From the NCBI GenBank assembly GCA_020848935.1, contig JADLHF010000191.1:12082-76081 (forward strand): DNA of 64,000 nt. The letters run 5' to 3'. Below, one piece after another: positions 45,351 through 57,396 of this stretch (position 1 is its first letter; each line of letters begins with the position of its first letter). Source of the stretch: Acetobacteraceae bacterium (GTDB lineage: Bacteria > Pseudomonadota > Alphaproteobacteria > Acetobacterales > Acetobacteraceae). A model generated the notes under the pieces. That model saw only the letters and a program-made list of their open reading frames with translations. It searched no databases and was not told the origin of the DNA. The translations under genes and the position numbers were made by a program.

Positions 45351-46538
45351 ATGCCCCGCATTGCGCGCCCCGACATCATCCGCCCGCAACGCCTGTGGGC
45401 GGCGCTGCTGGCGGCGACGTTGCTGAACCTGCCGCTGGGCTCGGTGTATTCGTTCAGCGTGTTCCTGCGGCCGATCGAGCTGGACCTGGCAATCCCGCGC
45501 TCGGCGCTGTCGCTGGTGTTCGGGATGGCGACGGTGGGATTCACCGTGGGCTCGGTGGGGGCGGCGTTTCTGTATCGACTGGCGCCGGCGGCGGTGCTGG
45601 TGTTTGCCGCTGCCGCCTGGGCCGCCATGGGGATCGGGGTGGCGGCGATGGCGAGCGGGATGGCGCAGCTTCTGCTCGGCTACGGCGTGGCGTTCGGCAC
45701 CGGTGGGGGGGTGGCCTATATCCTGTTGCAGCAGGGGGTGAACCTTCTGCTGCGGCGGCGGCAGGGGCTGGTGAACGGCTATATCGTCAGCCTGTATCCG
45801 CTGGGGGCGATGATCGCGACGCCGGTCTTCCACTGGTGCAACGAGAATTTCGGCTGGCGCACCACCCTGGCCGGGCTGGCGGTGGTGCTGGTGGTGTTCG
45901 GGGCCGTGGCGGCATGGCTGGTGCATCACGGCGGGGCGCGGCTGGCGGCGCCGGCGGGGAGCGCGCCGGTTGTCCCGGCGCGGCTGGGGCTGACATTCGT
46001 CAAGCTTGCCGCGACGTTCTTCCTGGCGGCCTCGGCGGGGCTGATGGTGCTGAGCCAGGCGCGGGAGATCGTGGCCGCCTATGGCGGGGCGGTGGCGCTG
46101 GCGGTGGGGGCCACCACCGGGATCACCGCGGCGATCGCATTGGCGCGGGTGAGCGGCGGGTGGCTGGTGGATCGCTTCGCGGTGCCGCATGTGATGTGCT
46201 CGGCGCATGGGCTGGCGCTGGGCGGGGCGGTGCTGCTGACGGCGTATCCCGCACCGGTGACCGCGGTGCTGGGGCTGGGGATGGTGGGGATGGGCTATGG
46301 CTTCATATCCGGCTCGACGGCCGGGAGCATCGCGCTGTACTGGCCAGTGGCGGATTTCGGGCGGGTGGCGGGGCGGACCTATATCGCCTGGTGCGCGGCG
46401 GCGGTGGGGCTGCCGGTGCTGGCGGGGTATCTGTTCGACCTGACCCAAGGCTATGCGGCGGCGGTGGTGATCGCGGGAGCGGGCAACCTGGCGGGCATGG
46501 CGGTGGCTTTGAGCTTGCCACGGAAAGACTCAAGGTAA
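45351..46538 (+). CDS. MFS transporter (oxalate/formate antiporter-like, OFA family)
   Basis: It starts MPRIARPD... and has LNLPLGSVYSFSVFL plus about 12 hydrophobic segments. This is the 3' part of track ORF 43134..46538. The TAA forms the first 3 nt of repeat copy 10. Confidence 0.8.
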   Translation: MPRIARPDIIRPQRLWAALLAATLLNLPLGSVYSFSVFLRPIELDLAIPRSALSLVFGMATVGFTVGSVGAAFLYRLAPAAVLVFAAAAWAAMGIGVAAMASGMAQLLLGYGVAFGTGGGVAYILLQQGVNLLLRRRQGLVNGYIVSLYPLGAMIATPVFHWCNENFGWRTTLAGLAVVLVVFGAVAAWLVHHGGARLAAPAGSAPVVPARLGLTFVKLAATFFLAASAGLMVLSQAREIVAAYGGAVALAVGATTGITAAIALARVSGGWLVDRFAVPHVMCSAHGLALGGAVLLTAYPAPVTAVLGLGMVGMGYGFISGSTAGSIALYWPVADFGRVAGRTYIAWCAAAVGLPVLAGYLFDLTQGYAAAVVIAGAGNLAGMAVALSLPRKDSR

Positions 46539-46648
46539 GAAAGATCTTCTTTTTCTGAAGAAAAAGAAGCAAAAAGACTTTTTATTCATTAGGATAGATC
46601 TTATTATAGAAAGTTTTTTGGTTCTTTTTTTCAAAAAAGAACACTTTC

Positions 46649-46652
<4 letters not shown>
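46536..46652 (+). repeat. AT-rich double-hairpin element, copy 10 (CTGAAG unit on the left, GTTC unit on the right)
   Basis: TAAGAAAGAT-CTTCTTTTTCTGAAGAAAAAGAAG-CAAAAAGACTTTTTATTCATT, a 17-nt centre, AGAAAGTTTTTTG-GTTCTTTTTTTCAAAAAAGAAC-ACTTTCTTACTC. It spans exactly from the MFS TAA to the ABC exporter TAA (46649-46651). Confidence 0.93.
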
Positions 46653-48382
<1,730 letters not shown>

Positions 48383-48471
48383 GGCCTTGGCATGGCGTGC
48401 GGGAGCGCGGCGCGCCGGCTGGCGGAATGGAGTCCGCTGTTGTCGCTGTGGGGTGCTCAGGACATGGTGCC

Positions 48472-48960
48472 CTATTCATCGCGCGGGTGGGGGGCAGGCG
48501 TCAAGCTATGGCGATTATTGCGATATCGGAACATTATAGGCATGCGTCGGCATGATCGGCCGAGGGGCGAAAAAGCGGCGGGTGGGGCGCGGGCGGCGGT
48601 TGCCGGCGGCGCGGGTGTGCGGGTGGCGTGGGGATGGGGGATCGCGGTGCGGCCCGCGCCGGGCGCGTGGGGGCGGCGGGCGGGCGCAGGGGCGCCGGCG
48701 CGCTGGGCGTGGCGGGGCTGGCGGGGCTGGGTGGTGCGCCGGGCCTGGCGGGAATGGGGGGTGTGGCGCAGCGGCGCGGGACGCGCGGCGCGTGTGGGCG
48801 GGGGCGGCGGCAGGGTGCCCGCGCGCCATTGCCCGAGCAGGGCTTCCAGGCGGAGGAAGATGCGGTCGAGCAGGGTGTGGAGCAGGGCGAGCAAGGCAGC
48901 GCGCGCGGCTTCGCCGAGGGTGTCCAGGATGGGGGTTGCGGGGGCGGTCTGGGATTTCAT
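48472..48960 (-). CDS. Hypothetical proline/arginine-rich protein (paralogue B, possibly truncated)
   Basis: The N-terminus has ...LLALLHTLLDRIFLRLEALLGQWRAGTLPPPPP, which resembles RLARLLTSLAAGQAP in paralogue A. Promoter geometry is the same. The 3' end of the ORF reads through the conserved palindrome, so the true stop and the coding status are uncertain. Confidence 0.4.
   Translation of the reverse strand: MKSQTAPATPILDTLGEAARAALLALLHTLLDRIFLRLEALLGQWRAGTLPPPPPTRAARPAPLRHTPHSRQARRTTQPRQPRHAQRAGAPAPARRPHAPGAGRTAIPHPHATRTPAPPATAARAPPAAFSPLGRSCRRMPIMFRYRNNRHSLTPAPHPRDE
48514..48537. promoter_or_regulatory. AT-rich palindrome, copy B
   Basis: ATTATTGCGATATCGGAACATTAT matches copy A at 21 of 24 positions. 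It lies ~132 nt upstream of the ABC exporter start (48382), between that gene and paralogue B. Confidence 0.5.
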
Positions 48961-48997
48961 GTTAGTTAGATATAATCTGATGTGGGAGGGGCGTCAA
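48961..48997 (-). promoter_or_regulatory. Sigma-70-like promoter positioned for a leaderless transcript (paralogue B)
   Basis: Minus strand TTGACG, a 17-nt spacer, TATATC, 8 nt, then ATG (48960). There is no SD. An A-tract (AGAAAAAATCC) lies upstream. The spacing is identical to the promoter at 35275-35311. Confidence 0.5.
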
Positions 48998-49034
48998 GAG
49001 GGGGGGTGGGGATTTTTTCTGGGGTTGGGTGGGG

Positions 49035-49268
49035 GAGGGAAGGTCTTCTTTTTGTGAACAAAAAGAAGCAAAAAAACTTTATTCATTGGTTGGGGTGGCG
49101 ATTGCGTTGGGTCGGTGGCGCGATGGTGAGGGGGGTTTGCCAGTATATCTGGCGGTTTTGGTGGGGCTACCCCTCACCCCGGCCCTCTCCCCCAAGGGGA
49201 GAGGGGGCTTTCTTAACGAATGAATTTTTTTTGCTTCTGTTTGTTCACAAAAAGAAGAGTCTTGCTTA
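49035..49268. repeat. AT-rich double-hairpin element, copy 11, with an enlarged centre carrying a second, GC-rich hairpin repeat
   Basis: GAGGGAAGGT-CTTCTTTTTGTGAACAAAAAGAAG-CAAAAAAACTTTATTCATT, a ~130-bp centre containing CCCTCACCCCGGCCCTCTCCCCCAAGGGGAGAGGGGGC, then ACGAATGAATTTTTTTTG-CTTCTGTTTGTTCACAAAAAGAAG-AGTCTTGCTTACC. It contains the permease TAA (49266-49268). Confidence 0.88.
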
Positions 49269-50213
49269 CCGATATTCGATCCTGGGGTCGATATAGGCAT
49301 ACAGCACATCCACCAGCACGTTCATCAGGACGTAGATCACCAGCACGAACAGGATGCAGCCTTGGATCAGCGGGTAGTCGCGCACGCCGATGGCTTGGAT
49401 CAGCAGGCGGCCGATGCCGGGGTAGGTGAAGACGGCTTCGGTGACCACGGTGCCGCCGACGAAGGCGGCCAGCATCAGGCCGACGATGGTGACGAAGGGC
49501 AGCAGGGCGTTGCGCATGACGTGGCGGCCGACGACGTCGCGTTCGCGCAGGCCTTTGCTGCGGGCGGTGCGGACGTAGTCGGCTTTCAGTTCGCCGAGCA
49601 GGGAGGCGCGCAGGAAGCGGGCGAAGATGCCGGAGACGTAGGTGCCCAGGGTCAGCGCCGGGAGGAGGAGGTTTTCCAGCGCGCCGACGGGGTCTTCGAA
49701 GAAGGGGATATAGGTGGAGACGGAGGGGAGCCAGTGGAGTTGGACGCCGAACAGCAGGATCAGCAGGATGCCGAGCCAGAAGGTGGGCACGCCGAGGGCG
49801 AGCGCGCTCCAGCCGCTGAGCATGCGGTCGATCAGGCTTCCGGGGACCAGGGCGCTGACGACGGCGACGGGGACGCCGAGGACGAGGCCGACGAGGATGG
49901 CGGCGAGGCCGAGCTGGATGGTGGCGGGGACGCGGGTGAGGATCAGGTCGAGCACGGGCTCGCGGCTTTGGATGGACTCGCCGAGATCGCCGAGGACGGC
50001 GCCTGACAGCCAGGACCAGTATTGTTCGTAGAACGGCCGGTCGAGGCCGAGGCGCTGGATGGTATCGGCGATCTGCTCGGGGGTGGCGTTCTCGCCGACG
50101 ATGGCGCCGACCGGGGAGCCGGGGACGGCATAGACCATGGCCCAGATGCCGATCGAGGCGAGGAAGAGGACCGGGACGAGTTGGGCGAGGCGGCGGAGGA
50201 TGTAGCTGGTCAT
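49266..50213 (-). CDS. ABC transporter permease (DppB/OppB-like, binding-protein-dependent family)
   Basis: MTSYILRRLAQLVPVLFLASIGIWAMVYAVPGSPV... and the EAA-loop region YVRTARSKGLRERDVVGRHVMRNAL. Confidence 0.88.
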   Translation of the reverse strand: MTSYILRRLAQLVPVLFLASIGIWAMVYAVPGSPVGAIVGENATPEQIADTIQRLGLDRPFYEQYWSWLSGAVLGDLGESIQSREPVLDLILTRVPATIQLGLAAILVGLVLGVPVAVVSALVPGSLIDRMLSGWSALALGVPTFWLGILLILLFGVQLHWLPSVSTYIPFFEDPVGALENLLLPALTLGTYVSGIFARFLRASLLGELKADYVRTARSKGLRERDVVGRHVMRNALLPFVTIVGLMLAAFVGGTVVTEAVFTYPGIGRLLIQAIGVRDYPLIQGCILFVLVIYVLMNVLVDVLYAYIDPRIEYR

Positions 50214-50239
50214 GCCACGCGCCGTGTGGCGACGTTATT

Positions 50240-50343
50240 GCGTGGCGGCCCCCCTCCGGCTCCCCCCGTGAAGGACGCCTGGTGCAGTATTACGAAGGTG
50301 TCATCGCGTGGCGGCCCCCCTCCGGCTCCCCCCGTGAAGGACG
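50240..50343. repeat. 38-bp direct repeat, two copies 66 bp apart, in the gap between the two permease genes
   Basis: GCGTGGCGGCCCCCCTCCGGCTCCCCCCGTGAAGGACG occurs at 50240-50277 and 50306-50343. The second copy runs into a perfect 10-bp stem, CTCCCCCCGT-gaagg-ACGGGGGGAG. Confidence 0.88.
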
Positions 50344-50360
50344 GGGGGAGGGAAGAGTTC

Positions 50361-50421
50361 TTATGGATGAAGTTTTTTTGCTTCTTTTTGTTCACAAAAA
50401 GAAGACTCCTTCCTGCCTTCA
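50361..50421. repeat. Single right-hand unit of the AT-rich family, copy 12
   Basis: TTATGGATGAAGTTTTTTTG-CTTCTTTTTGTTCACAAAAAGAAG-ACTCCTTCCTGCCTTCA. The upstream permease TGA (50419-50421) lies in its end. Confidence 0.85.
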
Positions 50422-51288
50422 TTGCGCTTCGTCCTCGACGACTTCGCGGCGGTCTTCGAGCACGGTGGCCAGGGTGCGGCCGAGGGTGTCGAGGGAGAGG
50501 ATGGTGAGCGTGAGGGCGAGGCCGGGGAGGATGGCGTAGGTGGGGGCTTCGTAGAGGTAGGATTTTCCGGTGCGCAGCATTTCGCCCCAGCTTGGGGTGG
50601 GGGGTGGGATGCCGACGCCGAGGAAGGCCAGGGCGGCTTCCAGCAGGATGGCGACGCTGGACAGGATCACGACCTGGACCAGGATGGGCGACCAGGCGTT
50701 GGGCAGGACGGTGCGGAACATGTTGTAGGCGGCGGTGCCGCCGAGGGCTTCGACGGCGAGGACGAAATCGCGCTGGCGCAGGCTGAGGACCTGGGCGCGG
50801 GTGATGCGGGCGAAGCTGGGGATGCCGGTGATGCCGACGGCGACCAGGGCGGCGGCCTGGCTGCGGCCGAGCACGGCGATCAGGGCCATGGCGAAGAGGA
50901 TGCCGGGCAGGGCGAGGAGGACATCGACGATGCGCATCAGGATGGTGTCGCGCCAGCCGCCGAAGTAGCCGGCGATGAGGCCGATGGGCACGCCGATGGC
51001 CGCGGCGATCACCACCGCGCCCCCGGCGGTGAGCAGCGAGGTGCGCGCGCCGTAGATGACGCGGGCGAGGATGTCGCGGCCGAGTTCGTCGGTGCCGAAC
51101 CAGTAGGTGGCACCGGGGGGTTCGAGGGTGGAGGCGAGGTCCTGGTAGAGCGGGTCGATCGGCAGCAGCCATTGCGCGGTCAGCGAGACGCAGATGGTCA
51201 CCGCCAGGTAGGCGACGCTGATGAGGGCGCCGGGGTGGGCGAGGACGCGCCAGGCGGCGGCGCGGGTGCGTTGCCAACTGCCACTCAT
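50419..51288 (-). CDS. ABC transporter permease (DppC/OppC-like)
   Basis: The N-terminus ..HPGALISVAYLAVTICVSL..PIDP.., ...GTDELGRDILARVIYGAR, and a six-TM layout. Confidence 0.88.
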   Translation of the reverse strand: MSGSWQRTRAAAWRVLAHPGALISVAYLAVTICVSLTAQWLLPIDPLYQDLASTLEPPGATYWFGTDELGRDILARVIYGARTSLLTAGGAVVIAAAIGVPIGLIAGYFGGWRDTILMRIVDVLLALPGILFAMALIAVLGRSQAAALVAVGITGIPSFARITRAQVLSLRQRDFVLAVEALGGTAAYNMFRTVLPNAWSPILVQVVILSSVAILLEAALAFLGVGIPPPTPSWGEMLRTGKSYLYEAPTYAILPGLALTLTILSLDTLGRTLATVLEDRREVVEDEAQ

Positions 51289-51301
51289 GCCGGGACGTCG
51301 C

Positions 51302-53383
<2,082 letters not shown>

Positions 53384-53389
53384 GGTGGA

Positions 53390-54934
53390 TCAGCTCGTGA
53401 ATCCCAGCGTGCGCAAGACCAGCAGGCTGTCGAGATCCTTGGTGAAGCCGCCGACGTTCTTGGCGGCGACCGTGAGGAACACGTCGTAGGTGTTGGTGGC
53501 GATGCCGAAGGCGGATTCGACCAGGGCCTTGTTGAGCGCGGCGTAGGCGGCCTTGACGTCGGCGGTGCCGAAGGCGCTTTCGACCCGGGCGATGGCCGCG
53601 ACGTAGGCCTTGTGCGGATTGGGGTTGCCCAGGACGGGGTTGTTGACGGTGCGGTAGATCGAGTTGGTGGTGATGCGGGTGGGGAATTTCTGCACGTTGC
53701 CGACGCCGCCGAAGGTGGCGCTGAACTTGCCGCCGAGCAGGGCGTCGACATATTCCGAGCCCTGTTTGATTTCGAGCTGGATGTCGATGCCGACCTTCTT
53801 CAGCGTGCCCTGCACGATCTGGCTGATCGCCACCGCGTCCTGCGAGCTGCCGCTGGCCAGGAGTTTCCAGTCGTTCATCTCGGCCGGGGACAGGCCGGAG
53901 GCCTTCAGCAGCGCCTCGCCCTTCTTCAGGTCGAAGGCGTAGGTCTTGTCGTAGCTGCGATCGGCGGCCGGGCTGGCGGGCGCCCAGGGCAGGGCGGTGA
54001 CCTCGCCGAGGCCGGCATAGCCGACGCGCAGGATGGCGGCGCGGTCCAGCAGGTAGTTGAAGGCCTGGCGGAACTTCTCGTTGCGGAAGGGGCCCATGTT
54101 GGTGTTGATGCGGAACACCTGCACCAGCTGGCCCTGGCCCTGCCACAGGTGGTAGCCGGCATTGCGCAGCCGCACCGCCGCGCGGGCGCCGCCGCCGAAG
54201 ATCATGTCGACAGCCTTGGATTCCAGGGCCGCCGCGGCGCTGTCGTCGTCGCTGAAGATGGTGTAGATGACCTCGGACAGCACCGGCTGCTTGGCGCGCC
54301 AGTATTTCGGGTTGGCGACCAGGCGCATGCGCTGGCCGAGGACGCGCTCGGCGACGGTGAACGGGCCGGTGCCGTTGACCTTGGTCTCGGCACTGTCGGT
54401 GGTGTCGGCGGCGATGACGAACATGAATTGCAGCAGGTCGGTGACCTGCCGGTCGGGCACCTTGGCCTTGAAGTTCAGGCGCACGGTCTTGGGATCGACG
54501 ACGGTCCAGTCCTTAACCACGCCCATGGTGGGATAGACGTTCTTGCCGGTCTTGGGGTCGTTGGCCTTCTTCAGCGTGGCGTCCAGGTCCGCGCTGGTGA
54601 GCGGGGCGCCGCTGTGGAAGGTGACGCCGGCGCGCAGGACCACGGTGCAGCTCAGGTTGTCGGGCGCGATGGCGAAGGACGAGGCCAGGGCGGGGATCGG
54701 CTTGCCGGCGTCATCATACTCGATCAGCGTGTCGTACAGGTTGCGCATGATCGAGGCGTTCTGCGACGAGAACTGGTGCGGATCGAAGTTGACGATGTCG
54801 TTCAGCAGGGCGACGCGCAGCGGCTTGCCGCCCTTGACCGCGGCCTGGGCGCCGGCATCGGCTGCCACCGCGCCGGCCAAGCCAACCCCGGCCACGCCGG
54901 CAAGCAGAGTTCGACGATTGATGACTTGGGTCAC
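53390..54934 (-). CDS. ABC transporter substrate-binding protein, family 5 (peptide/opine/nickel type)
   Basis: Tat-like signal VINRRTLLAGVAGVGLAGAVAA, and a mature part with ..LNDIVNFDPHQ.. and ..LVANPKYW... It is the first gene of the SBP, ATPase, permease, permease operon on the minus strand. Confidence 0.88.
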   Translation of the reverse strand: MTQVINRRTLLAGVAGVGLAGAVAADAGAQAAVKGGKPLRVALLNDIVNFDPHQFSSQNASIMRNLYDTLIEYDDAGKPIPALASSFAIAPDNLSCTVVLRAGVTFHSGAPLTSADLDATLKKANDPKTGKNVYPTMGVVKDWTVVDPKTVRLNFKAKVPDRQVTDLLQFMFVIAADTTDSAETKVNGTGPFTVAERVLGQRMRLVANPKYWRAKQPVLSEVIYTIFSDDDSAAAALESKAVDMIFGGGARAAVRLRNAGYHLWQGQGQLVQVFRINTNMGPFRNEKFRQAFNYLLDRAAILRVGYAGLGEVTALPWAPASPAADRSYDKTYAFDLKKGEALLKASGLSPAEMNDWKLLASGSSQDAVAISQIVQGTLKKVGIDIQLEIKQGSEYVDALLGGKFSATFGGVGNVQKFPTRITTNSIYRTVNNPVLGNPNPHKAYVAAIARVESAFGTADVKAAYAALNKALVESAFGIATNTYDVFLTVAAKNVGGFTKDLDSLLVLRTLGFTS

Positions 54935-55113
54935 GTTCGGCCTCCATTCTTCCCTGCGGCTTGCTGTGCCGTTTGGCGAAGCCTCTCACCGGGGCGGAGG
55001 CGAGTCAAACCGATTTGGCGGATCCTTGCCCGCGGATGGCGGCTGCTTTCCACGCCGGTTGACACGCCGCCGCCGCCGCAGGACGCTCGGCGGATACCGC
55101 AAGGGAGGCGACG

Positions 55114-55503
55114 ATGATCGGCTATGTGATGCTGGGCACCAACGACCTCGCACGTGCCCGCGCGTTCTACGACCCGCTGATGGAATTGCTCGGCGCCACG
55201 GTGATGGCCGGCTACAGCAACGACAAGCGCGTGTTCTACACCACCGGCGCCGGTCAGCCGATGCTGGCGGTTGGCCTGCCCTGGGACGGCGGCAAGGCCG
55301 GGGCCGGCAACGGCACCATGGTCGCGCTCAGCGTGCCCACCCGCGCCGCGATCGACGCCATGCATGCCAAGGCGATGGCCGCCGGCGGCAAGGACGAGGG
55401 CGCGCCGGGCGTGCGCGGGTCGGATCCGAACGGGTTCTATGCCGCGTATTTCCGCGATCCCGATGGCAACAAGCTGTGCGCGTTTCGCGTGGGGCCGCCG
55501 TGA
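55114..55503 (+). CDS. VOC (glyoxalase/bleomycin resistance/dioxygenase) family protein
   Basis: MIGYVMLGTNDLARARAFYDPL... and ..YAAYFRDPDGNKLCAF. Confidence 0.85.
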   Translation: MIGYVMLGTNDLARARAFYDPLMELLGATVMAGYSNDKRVFYTTGAGQPMLAVGLPWDGGKAGAGNGTMVALSVPTRAAIDAMHAKAMAAGGKDEGAPGVRGSDPNGFYAAYFRDPDGNKLCAFRVGPP

Positions 55504-55704
55504 GGGGGTGAGGTGGGAAGCCTTCTCCTTGCCAGTTCGCTGACCACCAACCCGATCGCCCGCCCCGCGCTACCGGCAGGCCCGCGGCCAGCAATGCGTC
55601 GTCGGGCGGCCTAACCGTCCTGACGCGAAAGCGTGCCATCGCCCGGTTGCCCTTGGCCGATGCGCCTGCCACGGTTGCTCGACAGCCTGCCAGCCGGGGA
55701 ACAT

Positions 55705-57396
55705 ATGCCGATGATCGCGCCCGTCGCTTCCGTCACGGTCGATTCCGTCACGGTCGATCCCATCACCGTCTCGGTCATCCAGCACCGGCTGCGGGCGATC
55801 GTGGAGGAGATGGGCGAGGCCATGCTGCGCACCGCCTATTCGCAGATCCTCAATTCCAGCCGGGATTTTTCCACCGCCCTGTGCGACCCGAAGGGCCGGC
55901 TGATCGCGCAGGCCGAGCATGTGCCGATCCATGTCGGCGCGCTGCCGTTCGCGGCGCGGGCGGTGACGGAATATTTTGGCGACACGATCCGGCCGGGTGA
56001 CGTGTTCCTGTTGAACGACCCGTATCGCGGCGGCAACCACCTGCCGGACCTGACGGTGTTCGTGCCGGTGTTCGACGGTGACCGGTTCGTGTTCTGGTCG
56101 ATCAACCGGTCCCACCAGTCCGATATCGGCGGGGCGACGCATGGCGCCTACAACGCCGGCGCCACCGAGATCTTCCAGGAGGGCATCCGGATTCCGCCGC
56201 TGCGGCTGTACGACCAGGGGATTCGCCGCGAGGATGTGTACGAGATGATCGTGCTCAACGTGCGCCATCCGCGCGACTTCCGTGGCGACCTGGCGGCGAT
56301 GATCGGTTCGGCGCGGGTGGGCGAGCGGCGGCTGGGCCAGTTGCTGGGCGAGTTCGGCTCGGCGACCACGCATGCCGGGGTGGAGGCGGTGCTGGACGGC
56401 GCCGAGCGGCAGGTGCGGGCGATCATTTCCGGCTGGCCCGACGGGGTGTACGAGGGCGAGGCGTTCCTGGACGATGACGGGCACCAGTTCCACGATATCC
56501 GCATCCATGCCCGCATCACCAAGGCGGGCAGCGCACTGGAAGTGGACCTGACCGGCAGCCACGAGCAGGTGGTGGGGTTCATCAACTCGTCCTATGCCAA
56601 CACGCATTCCGCCGTGGTGGTGGCGCTGGCCTATCTGATCGATCCCGAGATCCCGAAGAATGACGGTGCCTTTCGTCCGCTTAAGGTTGTGCTGAAGGAA
56701 GGTACCATCGTCTGGCCGCGGCCCGGTGCGCCGGTGACGCTGTGCACCAACCATTGCGGCCAGGAAATCATCGAGGCGGTGGTCCGCGCCCTCGCCCCGG
56801 CCTGCCCGGAGCGGACCATGGCCGGCTGGGGGCGGCGGTTTCGCATCGCCATCCAGGGGGTTGATCCGCGCACCGAGCGGCCGTTCATCTGGCATCTGTT
56901 CCAGTCCCGCCCCGGCGGCGGCGCCAGTTCGGCGGGCGATGGCTGGGCCGGGGCCGGCGAATGGCAGGCGGCCGGCGGCATCAAGTTCGGCAGCATCGAG
57001 GTGCACGAGGTGCGCTTTCCGCTGCACTTCAGGCGCCACGAATTCCGCCCCGACAGCGGGGGCGACGGGCGGTATCGCGGCGGGCCCGGCGGCGTGCTGG
57101 AGATGGCGATCGAGACCGATGTCCCCGCCGTGGGCAACACCGCCGGCGACGGCATCAAGTACGGCGCCTGCGGCATGGTGGGCGGGCAGGATGGCCGGCC
57201 GCACGATTACTGGCTGCAATCCGACGGTCGGCCGGACCGCAAGCTGAAGACCAAGGAGGTGGGCGTGGTCATCCGGCCGTACGACGTGCTGCACGCCCAT
57301 TCCGGCGGTGGCGGCGGCTGGGGCGACCCGGCCGAGCGCAGTGCGGCGGAGCGGGCGGCCGACCGGCGCGCCGGCTTCGTGACGGATACGAATTAA
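55705..57396 (+). CDS. Hydantoinase B / oxoprolinase family protein
   Basis: DPITVSVIQHRLRAIVEEMGEAMLRTAYSQILNSSRDFSTALCD, LNDPYRGGNHLPD and GGGGWGDP. The stop overlaps the next start (TAATG). A 15-bp duplication (TTCCGTCACGGTCGA twice, 55728-55757) lies at the 5' end. Confidence 0.88.
   Translation: MPMIAPVASVTVDSVTVDPITVSVIQHRLRAIVEEMGEAMLRTAYSQILNSSRDFSTALCDPKGRLIAQAEHVPIHVGALPFAARAVTEYFGDTIRPGDVFLLNDPYRGGNHLPDLTVFVPVFDGDRFVFWSINRSHQSDIGGATHGAYNAGATEIFQEGIRIPPLRLYDQGIRREDVYEMIVLNVRHPRDFRGDLAAMIGSARVGERRLGQLLGEFGSATTHAGVEAVLDGAERQVRAIISGWPDGVYEGEAFLDDDGHQFHDIRIHARITKAGSALEVDLTGSHEQVVGFINSSYANTHSAVVVALAYLIDPEIPKNDGAFRPLKVVLKEGTIVWPRPGAPVTLCTNHCGQEIIEAVVRALAPACPERTMAGWGRRFRIAIQGVDPRTERPFIWHLFQSRPGGGASSAGDGWAGAGEWQAAGGIKFGSIEVHEVRFPLHFRRHEFRPDSGGDGRYRGGPGGVLEMAIETDVPAVGNTAGDGIKYGACGMVGGQDGRPHDYWLQSDGRPDRKLKTKEVGVVIRPYDVLHAHSGGGGGWGDPAERSAAERAADRRAGFVTDTN

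Noticed and set aside
55728-55770. The 15-bp duplication (TTCCGTCACGGTCGA twice, plus a diverged third copy) at the 5' end of the hydantoinase B gene as a regulatory or variable repeat.
   Set aside because: It is in frame (SVTVD SVTVD PITV) within a poorly conserved N-terminal tail. Only two copies are present, and nothing suggests a function beyond a neutral duplication.
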